Positions 17,345 through 24,320 of a stretch of 29,377 bases of DNA are shown here, piece by piece. The DNA comes from an uncultured Thermoanaerobaculia bacterium (GTDB lineage: Bacteria > Acidobacteriota > Thermoanaerobaculia > Multivoradales > UBA5704), in NCBI GenBank assembly GCA_964245465.1, contig CAXTNS010000005.1, positions 1-29,377 on the forward strand. Reading direction: 5' to 3'. Position 1 is the first letter of the stretch. Each line of letters begins with the position of its first letter. A program made the translations under genes and the position numbers. The notes beneath the pieces were generated by a model, which did not search any database, was not told where the DNA came from, and was given only the letters and a program-made list of their open reading frames with translations.

Positions 17345-18037
17345 GGGTGGGGTCATCGAGGTGGTACCTACCAGCGGCTCCTCCTCCCGCCACGCCGCCT
17401 CACCGTCCGCGTAGTGCTCCCGCTTCCAGATGGGAATCTCCGCCTTGAGCCGCTCCAGGGCGGTGCGGCTCGCCTCGTAGGCGGCGGCGCGGTGGGGGGA
17501 GCCGACGGCGATCACCACGCTCGCTTCGCCCACGGGAACCTCCCCGAGACGGTGAACGATCGCCGCCCTCAGATCCTGGTGGGTGGCTTCGAGGTCAGCC
17601 ACGATCCGGCGCAACCCTTCCAGGGCCATGGGACGGTAGGCGCTGTAGGTGAGCTTCTCGACGGGACGGCCGGCGTGGTGATCCCGGACCGTGCCGAGGA
17701 AGACCACGACGGCGCCGCGGCCGGGACCGGAGACGGCGGCGACCGCTTGGCCCGTATCGATCGGCTCGTCTACAAGACCCACATGCGCCTCGATGCCTCC
17801 TGATACCGGGGGAAGCAGGGCCACTTCGACTCCGTCCTTGAGCTCGGCATCGGCGGATGCGATCCGGCCATTCAGGGCGATCGCCATCCGGGGCCAGAGG
17901 GGGATGAGGCCAGGATGGTCCCGATCGAGCCGCTCGCGGAGGTCGGCGACCCGGCTGCCGTCAGGGATCTCCAACTCCGTCTCGGTGGTGCCCAGGGCAT
18001 CTCCGGCGCTGGCGAAGGCGAGGAGGTGGATCTTCAT
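17333..18037 (-). CDS. moaE: MoaD-MoaE fusion molybdopterin synthase (MoaX-like)
   Basis: MKIHLLAFA...VALLPPVSGG (MoaD) followed by GAVVVFLGTVR, HRLG, HRAAAYEA, PIWKRE (MoaE). Start at ATG 18037. Confidence 0.9.
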   Translation of the reverse strand: MKIHLLAFASAGDALGTTETELEIPDGSRVADLRERLDRDHPGLIPLWPRMAIALNGRIASADAELKDGVEVALLPPVSGGIEAHVGLVDEPIDTGQAVAAVSGPGRGAVVVFLGTVRDHHAGRPVEKLTYSAYRPMALEGLRRIVADLEATHQDLRAAIVHRLGEVPVGEASVVIAVGSPHRAAAYEASRTALERLKAEIPIWKREHYADGEAAWREEEPLVGTTSMTPPLQG

Positions 18038-18303
18038 GCTCTCGAAACCAGGGGGTATTGCTCCGGGTGCTCGATCGACTCCACGGCGAGATCTACGTCC
18101 AAGTCGGGCCAGTAGAGATGATGCGGCTGGGGCCATTCAACGTTCAGAATGGCGGAAACAGAGGCATCCCGGAACCAGGGAAACCCCTCAAAGGAGAGGA
18201 ACAGCTCACGGTCTCCAAGGAGGAGCCAGAAGCCGTGCTGGGATATATGGGTGACCTCAATGTCCGAAGTGTTCTTGCCAAGCGCGCTTGATCTCATCTT
18301 CAT
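18034..18303 (-). CDS. DUF2442 family protein (antitoxin-like)
   Basis: EVTHISQHGFWLL...LSFEGFPWF...LYWPDLDVDL..ESI.HPE.YPL. Start may be 18297. The stop overlaps the moaD-moaE ATG. Confidence 0.85.
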   Translation of the reverse strand: MKMRSSALGKNTSDIEVTHISQHGFWLLLGDRELFLSFEGFPWFRDASVSAILNVEWPQPHHLYWPDLDVDLAVESIEHPEQYPLVSRA

Positions 18304-18496
18304 GCTCCCTGATCAGCCTTTCAACGGCTCGCAGGTCAGTAGACGTCAAACCGTAATTCTGCGCCAACTCGATCTCAGGCTCCATCCAGAACTTCGCCTC
18401 TCCATGTCCACAGTGGATGTGAACGTGCATCCGTGGTTCCTCACGCGAGAAAAAGAAGAACCGGTATCCCCTCTCTTGGAAGATTGTCGGGCTCAA
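18257..18496 (-). CDS. DUF4160 family protein (HicA-like toxin candidate)
   Basis: GYRFFFFSREEPRMHVH...EAKFW...EI..AW..HF. TTG start after AAGGAGG. Confidence 0.85.
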   Translation of the reverse strand: MSPTIFQERGYRFFFFSREEPRMHVHIHCGHGEAKFWMEPEIELAQNYGLTSTDLRAVERLIREHEDEIKRAWQEHFGH

Positions 18497-18560
18497 GGAG
18501 CCTCCTTATCAAGGTAACGATGCTAGCCCATATAATCCCCCCTCCAACAGGGGAGGACTC

Positions 18561-20225
18561 GTGGCGATCCTGGAGAGCAAGGTCAACCGGAACGATGCGT
18601 TCGAGCGCCAGGCGGAGCATTGGCGGCGGAAGGTCGAGGAGATCCGCGAGCAGGAGGACCGCATTCGCCTGGGTGGCGGCCTGAAGGCGCAGGACAAGCA
18701 GCGCGCCCAGGGCAAGATGACGGCCCGCGAGCGGGTCGAGGCGCTGTGCGATCCGGGAGCGCCGTTCCTGGAGCTGGGACTCTGGGTGGCCGAAGGGTTC
18801 TACCAGGAGTACGGCGGCGCGCCGGCGGCGGGGGTGGTCCTGGGAGTCGGCAGAATCCACGGCCGGGAGGTGGTGGTGGTGGCCAACGACGCCACGGTGA
18901 AGGCCGGCGCGTGGTTCCCGCTGACCTGCAAGAAGGTCCTGCGCGCCCAGGAGATCGCCCTCGAGAACCGGCTGCCCATCGTCTACCTGGTGGATTCGGC
19001 GGGCGTTTTCCTCCCCCTTCAGGACGAGATCTTCCCTGACCGGGAGCACTTCGGCCGGGCCTTTTACAACAACGCCCGGCTCTCGGCCGAGGGGGTGTTC
19101 CAGATGGCGGCCATCATGGGCTCGTGCGTGGCCGGCGGGGCCTATCTGCCGATCATGAGCGACGAGTCCCACATCGTGGAGGGCACGGGCTCCATCTTCC
19201 TCGCCGGTTCCCACCTGGTGCAGGCGGCCATCGGCGAGAAGATCGACAACGAGGAGCTGGGCGGCGCCCTCGTCCAGTGCGACGTCTCGGGCGTCGTGGA
19301 CCACCGCCATCCCAACGACGCCGCCTGCCTGGAGAAGATCCGCAGCCAGTTCGCCCAGATCGCCCGGGGAGAGCGGGCGCCCTTCGCCCGGCGTGATCCC
19401 GTCGAGCCGCTCTATCCGGCCGAGGACCTGTACGGCCTGATGCCCATCGACCGTTCCCGGCCCTACGACACCCACGAGATGCTCGCCCGGCTGCTCGACG
19501 GCAGCGAATTCGACGAGTACAAGGCCACCTACGGCCAGACCCTGGTCTGCGGCACGGGCTGGATCGAGGGGCAGGCGGTGGGGATCGTGGCCAACCAGCG
19601 CTCGATCGTCCCCAGGAAGACGGGCACCGGCGCGGGCGACCGTGAGCTTCAGATCGGCGGCGTCATCTACTCGGACTCGGCGGACAAGGGGGCGCGGTTC
19701 GTCGAGCTGTGCAACCAGAAGAAGATCCCCCTTCTCTTCCTGCAGGACGTGACCGGCTTCATGGTGGGCAGCCGCGCCGAGAGGGGCGGCATCATCAAGG
19801 ACGGCGCCAAGATGGTGAACGCCGTGGCCAACTCGACGGTGCCCAAGATCACTCTTTTCGTGGGCAACTCCTATGGCGCTGGCAACTACGCCATGTGCGG
19901 CAAGGCCTACGGCCCGCGCTTCGTCTACGCTTGGCCGTCGGCGTCCATCGCAGTAATGGGCGGTGACCAGGCGAGCCGAACGCTCCTCTCGATCCAGCTC
20001 AAGAACCGAGGCGCGGAGGTGTCGGAGGAAGAGAAGAAGCGGCGTCTGGACGAGATCAAGGCCCGCTACGCCGCCGCCATGGACCCCCGCTACGCCGCCG
20101 CCCGCCTCTGGGTGGACGCCATCATCGACCCGGCCGAGACCCGCGCGGTGATCGGGCGCTCGCTGGCCTGCGCGGCGATGAACCCGGAGATCCTGGATTT
20201 CAAGACTGGAGTGCTACAAACGTAG
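18561..20225 (+). CDS. Acyl-CoA carboxylase carboxyltransferase subunit (methylcrotonyl-CoA carboxylase beta-like)
   Basis: GKMTARER, ANDATVKAG, LVDSAG, CVAGGAY, EELGG, FLQDVTGFMVG, GAGNYAMCG, YAAARLWVDAIIDP. GGGAGG RBS before the GTG. Confidence 0.93.
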   Translation: MAILESKVNRNDAFERQAEHWRRKVEEIREQEDRIRLGGGLKAQDKQRAQGKMTARERVEALCDPGAPFLELGLWVAEGFYQEYGGAPAAGVVLGVGRIHGREVVVVANDATVKAGAWFPLTCKKVLRAQEIALENRLPIVYLVDSAGVFLPLQDEIFPDREHFGRAFYNNARLSAEGVFQMAAIMGSCVAGGAYLPIMSDESHIVEGTGSIFLAGSHLVQAAIGEKIDNEELGGALVQCDVSGVVDHRHPNDAACLEKIRSQFAQIARGERAPFARRDPVEPLYPAEDLYGLMPIDRSRPYDTHEMLARLLDGSEFDEYKATYGQTLVCGTGWIEGQAVGIVANQRSIVPRKTGTGAGDRELQIGGVIYSDSADKGARFVELCNQKKIPLLFLQDVTGFMVGSRAERGGIIKDGAKMVNAVANSTVPKITLFVGNSYGAGNYAMCGKAYGPRFVYAWPSASIAVMGGDQASRTLLSIQLKNRGAEVSEEEKKRRLDEIKARYAAAMDPRYAAARLWVDAIIDPAETRAVIGRSLACAAMNPEILDFKTGVLQT

Positions 20226-20292
20226 ATCCTGGACTTTCGCGGCGCTATGCCGCCATGCAATAATCCGCCGGTCCGTATTGGAAGGGCTCCCC

Positions 20293-20889
20293 GTGAGCGA
20301 CGTTTCTCCAGGTGGCGTGACGCAGCTCCTGACCGATTGGCAGGCGGGCGACGATCGTGCGCTCGAGCGGCTCATGCCCCTGGTCTACGGCGAGTTGCGC
20401 CGGCTGGCCGGCCGGTATCTCAACCGCGAACGGGAAGGCCATACCTTAGAGACCCATGACCTGATCCACGAGGCCTTCCTGCGCCTCATCGACCAGCGTC
20501 AGGTGGACTGGCAGAGCCGGGCTCACTTCTTCGGCATCGCCGCCCAGATGATGCGGCGGATCCTGGTCGACCATGCCCGCCGCCGCGGCGCGCGCCGGCA
20601 CGGGGGCGACGTGCGCCAGCTCCTGGGGGATGAAGTGGCCGACGTGGCCGTGGATCGCGACGCAAGTCTTGTGGCTCTCGACGAGGCCCTCACCGAGCTC
20701 GCCCGGAGCGACGAGTCGCTCGCCCGTATCGTCGAGCTGCGCTTTTTCGGCGGCCTGGAGCATGACGAGATCGCCTCTCTCCTGGGAGTGTCCAATCCCA
20801 CCGTGAGGCGCCGCTGGCGCGTGGCCCGGGCCTGGCTCTACCGGCATCTGTCTGGCGGCGAGGCTGCTCCGGTGGCGGATGGCGACTGA
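20293..20889 (+). CDS. ECF-type sigma factor of the kinase-associated (TIGR02999-like) type
   Basis: VTQLL..W..GD..AL..L.PLVY.ELRRLA..YL, HEAFLRL, WQSRAHFFGIAAQMMRRILVDHAR, RFFGGL, W..ARAWL. GTG start at 20293. Confidence 0.9.
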   Translation: MSDVSPGGVTQLLTDWQAGDDRALERLMPLVYGELRRLAGRYLNREREGHTLETHDLIHEAFLRLIDQRQVDWQSRAHFFGIAAQMMRRILVDHARRRGARRHGGDVRQLLGDEVADVAVDRDASLVALDEALTELARSDESLARIVELRFFGGLEHDEIASLLGVSNPTVRRRWRVARAWLYRHLSGGEAAPVADGD

Positions 20890-23680
20890 CCGCTGGCGCC
20901 GGATCGAGGCGATCTTCGAGGAGGTCGAGGCGCTTTCCGGGGCCGAGCGGGAAGCGCGCCTCGCGGAGCTGTGCGGCGGCGACGAGCCGCTGCGGCGGGA
21001 GGTCCTCTCCTTGCTCGCCGCTGAAGAGGCGGCCGGCACCTTCCTGGACCGGCCGGCCGGGCAATCACCAGGCGCCACCGTCCTGCCGCCGTCCTCGGCC
21101 GTCGGGCAACGCCTCGGCCCCTACCGCGTGGAGCGCAAGCTCGGCGAGGGCGGCATGGCCTCGGTCTATCTGGCCGTGCGCGCCGACGAGGAGTACCGCC
21201 AGCAGGTCGCCATCAAGATCTTCGGCTATGGCGCGGACCGCTCGGACCTGCTCCATCGCTTCCGCGCCGAACGGCAGATCCTGGCCTCGCTCGACCACCC
21301 GAACATCGCCCGCCTCCTCGACGGCGGCACCACGGAAGACGGCCTTCCCTACCTGGTCATGGAATACATCGACGGCGTCCCCATCGACCGCTTCTGTGAG
21401 CAGAGCGGGTTGGGGATCGACGCCCGCATCGACCTCTTCCGCGAGGTTTGCGCGGCGGTCCAGTACGCGCACCAGAACCTGGTGGTCCACCGCGACATCA
21501 AGCCGTCCAACATCCTGGTGACTGCCGACGGCCGGCCCCACCTGCTCGACTTCGGCATCGCCAAGCTCCTGGAGGGCTCCAACCTGACGGAGGCCGCCGC
21601 CACCCTGACGGGGCAGCGGCTGATGACCCCGCACTACGCCAGCCCCGAGCAGGTGGCGGGCAGGCCGGTGACCACCTCGACCGACGTGTACGCCCTGGGC
21701 GTGCTGCTGTACGTCCTGCTGACCGGCCGCCTGCCCTACCGGCTGGAGGGGGACCGCATAGGAGCCGTCGAGCAGGCGGTGCTGGAGCAGGAGCCGGAGC
21801 GGCCGAGCACGGCTATTAGCTCCCTGTTCCCCGGAGATGACGGTCTGGGGACCACCACGGCGCGCGACCGTCGGCTGGCCCGCTGGCTGGCCGGCGATCT
21901 CGACAACATCGTGCTCATGGCTCTGCGCAAGGAGCCGCAGCGGCGCTATGCCTCGGTCGAGCTGCTGTCCGAAGACCTCCGGCGCTACCGGGAGGGTCTG
22001 ACCGTCCGCGCGCGGCCCGCGACCCTGGAGTACCGGGTGGCCAAGTTCGTGAGCCGCCACCGCCTGGGGGTCGGTCTCGCCGCTGGCTTCTTCCTCCTCG
22101 TCCTCGTCCTTGCCGTGGTGATGACCGTGCAGGCGGTGCGCCTGGCCCGCCAGCGGGATGAGATCCGCCGCGAGCGCGACAAGGCCGTGGAGGTGGCGCG
22201 CCTCCTGGAGGAGGTCTTCTCCAAGGCGGATCCCAGCGAGGCCCGGGGCGAGGAGGTCACCGCCCGCGAGGTGCTCGACAAGGGGGCGAGCCGGGTGATG
22301 GCCGAGATGAAGGGGCAGCCGGAGGTGCAGGCGGCGCTCGCGGCTACCATGGGCAAGGCCTATCAAGGCCTGGGGCTGAACGACAGCGCCCGCCCTCTGC
22401 TGGAGAGGTCGCTGGCGCTCCGGCGGCGGCTGTTTGGCGAGGAGCACCCGGCTGTGGCCGAGAGTCTGGAAGCCCTGGGAAACCTCGTCCAGATCCAGGG
22501 AGACCTGGACCGCGCCGAAGCTCTGCAGCGCCAGGGACTTCGCATCCGCCGCAAGCTCCTGGGCAATGACGATCCCGCCGTGGCCCTGAGCCTCAACGGG
22601 CTCGCCACGGTCCTCACCGCGAAGGCCCAGTACGACGAGGCCGAGCGGCTGCTGCGGGAGGCGCTCGCCATCAACCGACGCCACTACGGCAATGAGCACC
22701 AGGAGGTGGCGACGGACCTGGGCAACCTCGGCTACGTCGTCAAGCTGAAGGGAGACCTCGTGGCGGCCGAGGCCCTCTACAAAGAAACCTTAAGAGTCCT
22801 GCGAAAGCTGTTCGGGAATACCCACCCCATGATCGCCACTCAGCTCAACAACCTGGCCGTCCTGCAAGCCGAGCGCGGCGATCTGGTTGGCGCGGAGAAG
22901 AGCTATCGCGAATCGCTCGCCATCGCTCATCGCCTCTATGGCGAGGAGCATTCCGAGATCGCCCTTCAGCTCAACAACCTGGCGGTCGTGCTTACCCTGC
23001 GCAACGGCCCTGGTGATAGCGAGGAGGCCGAACGCCTGCTGCGCCAGTCCCTGGCCATGCGCCGGAAGCTGCTCGGCCCCGAGCACGAGCAGGTGGCCAT
23101 GGCGGTCAACAACCTGGCCAGGGTGCTCGAAGACCGGGGTGACCTGGCCGCGGCCCGGCCTCTCTACGAAGAGGCCCTGCGCATCTCCCGCAAGGCCTTC
23201 GGTGACAAACATCCGCGGGTCGCCTCCCAGCTCGTCAACCTGGCGAACCTCCTGGCCGCCCAAGGTGACCGGGCGGCGGCCGAGCCGCTGGCCCGCCAAG
23301 CCCTGGCGATTCGCCGCGAGGTGCTCGGCGAGAAGCACCCGGACGTCGGCGCCTCTCTGGTGGGGTTGGGCACCCTTCGTCTCGCCAGAGGCGCGCCCGC
23401 CGAGGCGGAGCCCCTCCTGAGGCAGGGTCTCGAAATCCTGCGCGCGGTGCTGCCGGCCGGCCATCCCCGGATTGCGGAAGGAGAAAGCCAACTCGGCGCT
23501 TGCCTGGAAGCCCGTGGCCGTGCGGCGGAGGCCGGACCACTCCTGGCCTCCGGCTACGAGGCCCTCGCCCGCGCCCGGGGGCCTGCCAATCCCAAGACGA
23601 TCGCCGCCTGCGAGCGGCTGAAAACCTTCCGGGCCGCCCACGGTGGAGGCCCGCCGGTCTCCTGCCACGCTCCCGCCTGA
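20879..23680 (+). CDS. Membrane Hanks-type Ser/Thr kinase with about 10 C-terminal TPRs
   Basis: GEGGMASVY, VAIK, HRDIKPSN, DFG, TPHYASPE, DVYALG. TM helix LGVGLAAGFFLLVLVLAVVMTV. Then ~42-aa repeats HP.VA..LNNLA. Start overlaps the ECF stop region. Confidence 0.95.
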   Translation: MATDRWRRIEAIFEEVEALSGAEREARLAELCGGDEPLRREVLSLLAAEEAAGTFLDRPAGQSPGATVLPPSSAVGQRLGPYRVERKLGEGGMASVYLAVRADEEYRQQVAIKIFGYGADRSDLLHRFRAERQILASLDHPNIARLLDGGTTEDGLPYLVMEYIDGVPIDRFCEQSGLGIDARIDLFREVCAAVQYAHQNLVVHRDIKPSNILVTADGRPHLLDFGIAKLLEGSNLTEAAATLTGQRLMTPHYASPEQVAGRPVTTSTDVYALGVLLYVLLTGRLPYRLEGDRIGAVEQAVLEQEPERPSTAISSLFPGDDGLGTTTARDRRLARWLAGDLDNIVLMALRKEPQRRYASVELLSEDLRRYREGLTVRARPATLEYRVAKFVSRHRLGVGLAAGFFLLVLVLAVVMTVQAVRLARQRDEIRRERDKAVEVARLLEEVFSKADPSEARGEEVTAREVLDKGASRVMAEMKGQPEVQAALAATMGKAYQGLGLNDSARPLLERSLALRRRLFGEEHPAVAESLEALGNLVQIQGDLDRAEALQRQGLRIRRKLLGNDDPAVALSLNGLATVLTAKAQYDEAERLLREALAINRRHYGNEHQEVATDLGNLGYVVKLKGDLVAAEALYKETLRVLRKLFGNTHPMIATQLNNLAVLQAERGDLVGAEKSYRESLAIAHRLYGEEHSEIALQLNNLAVVLTLRNGPGDSEEAERLLRQSLAMRRKLLGPEHEQVAMAVNNLARVLEDRGDLAAARPLYEEALRISRKAFGDKHPRVASQLVNLANLLAAQGDRAAAEPLARQALAIRREVLGEKHPDVGASLVGLGTLRLARGAPAEAEPLLRQGLEILRAVLPAGHPRIAEGESQLGACLEARGRAAEAGPLLASGYEALARARGPANPKTIAACERLKTFRAAHGGGPPVSCHAPA

Positions 23681-23741
23681 AAAATTCTTTTGGACCGCGT
23701 GATCGCTTTGGCCACCGCTTTACGCGTTAGGGAAGAACCCG

Positions 23742-23758
23742 GCTGCTCAACGAGCAGC
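23742..23758 (+). promoter_or_regulatory. Hairpin in the leader of the peptide array
   Basis: GCTGCTC-AAC-GAGCAGC, perfect 7-bp stem, 20 nt before the first peptide ATG. Confidence 0.45.
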
Positions 23759-23778
23759 GCAGCAAGAAGGAGACGGTC

Positions 23779-23829
23779 ATGAAAATCAAGGCGAACGTCA
23801 AGGCTGGCGGCATTCTCCTCAGCGACTAA
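23779..23829 (+). CDS. 16-aa peptide 1: MKIKANVKAGG-ILLSD
   Basis: AAGGAGA RBS, ATG..TAA, one of five paralogues with synonymous codon differences. Confidence 0.88.
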   Translation: MKIKANVKAGGILLSD

Positions 23830-23877
23830 GCTGAACGGAACCTCGCAGAAAAATCTTTGGAAATTCAGGAGTCAACC

Positions 23878-23928
23878 ATGAAGGTCAAGGCAAACGTAAA
23901 GGCCGGCGGTATCCTCGCCAGCGACTAA
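23878..23928 (+). CDS. 16-aa peptide 2: MKVKANVKAGG-ILASD
   Basis: CAGGAG RBS, ATG..TAA, paralogue. Confidence 0.88.
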   Translation: MKVKANVKAGGILASD

Positions 23929-23974
23929 GTTGGACTGAACCTCGAAGCAAACTCTGGAACTGAAGGAGTAAGCC

Positions 23975-24025
23975 ATGAAAGTCAAGGCGAACGTAAAGGC
24001 CGGCGGCATCATGATGTCGGATTAG
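23975..24025 (+). CDS. 16-aa peptide 3: MKVKANVKAGG-IMMSD
   Basis: AAGGAG RBS, ATG..TAG, paralogue. Confidence 0.88.
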   Translation: MKVKANVKAGGIMMSD

Positions 24026-24082
24026 GTATGTCTCCATGGAGACAGCCTGAATCATAGGAATGCAACACGAAAGGAGACAGTC

Positions 24083-24133
24083 ATGAAGATCAAGGCGAAC
24101 GTGAAGGCCGGCGGCCATTTGATGGGCGACTAA
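24083..24133 (+). CDS. 16-aa peptide 4: MKIKANVKAGG-HLMGD
   Basis: AAAGGAGA RBS, ATG..TAA, paralogue. Confidence 0.88.
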   Translation: MKIKANVKAGGHLMGD

Positions 24134-24169
24134 CCAATCTTGAGAAACTCTGAACTGAAGGAGAAGGAC

Positions 24170-24220
24170 ATGAAGATCAAGGCGAACGTGAAGGCCGGCG
24201 GCATCCTCCTCGGCGACTGA
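24170..24220 (+). CDS. 16-aa peptide 5: MKIKANVKAGG-ILLGD
   Basis: AAGGAGA RBS, ATG..TGA, paralogue. Confidence 0.88.
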   Translation: MKIKANVKAGGILLGD

Positions 24221-24287
24221 GAGCGTTGAGCACACCGGCCCCCGGCGGACCTCAGAATCCTTCCGCGGGGCTGGTCAAGCCTCCTCT

Positions 24288-24320
24288 CCGGCCTCACCCC
24301 TGGAGGCCGGTTGTTTTTTT
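24288..24320 (+). terminator. Rho-independent terminator closing the peptide array
   Basis: CCGGCCTC (24288-24295) / GAGGCCGG (24303-24310) 8-bp stem followed by TTGTTTTTTT. Confidence 0.8.

Noticed and set aside
13259-17393. Long minus-strand ORFs 13259..15139 and 15315..17393
   Set aside because: Antisense to well-supported moeB, S10 and TA genes; typical high-GC shadow frames with no motifs.
18441-22699. Minus-strand ORFs 18441..19475 and 21065..22699
   Set aside because: Shadows of the carboxyltransferase and kinase genes.
23779-24220. CRISPR array or non-coding tandem repeat interpretation of the ~97-nt periodic repeat
   Set aside because: The repeats differ at synonymous third positions, begin with RBS+ATG and end with stops; spacers share motifs; no cas genes are present.
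23779-24220. Assignment to a known RiPP class
   Set aside because: No Cys or aromatic residues in the cores and no radical SAM, YcaO, LanM, ATP-grasp or peptidase-ABC transporter gene in the window. Distant enzymes cannot be excluded.
23885-24235. 116-aa minus-strand ORF (AAGLHVRLDLH repeats)
   Set aside because: Antisense shadow of the peptide array; no RBS, and codon variation fits the plus-strand frame.
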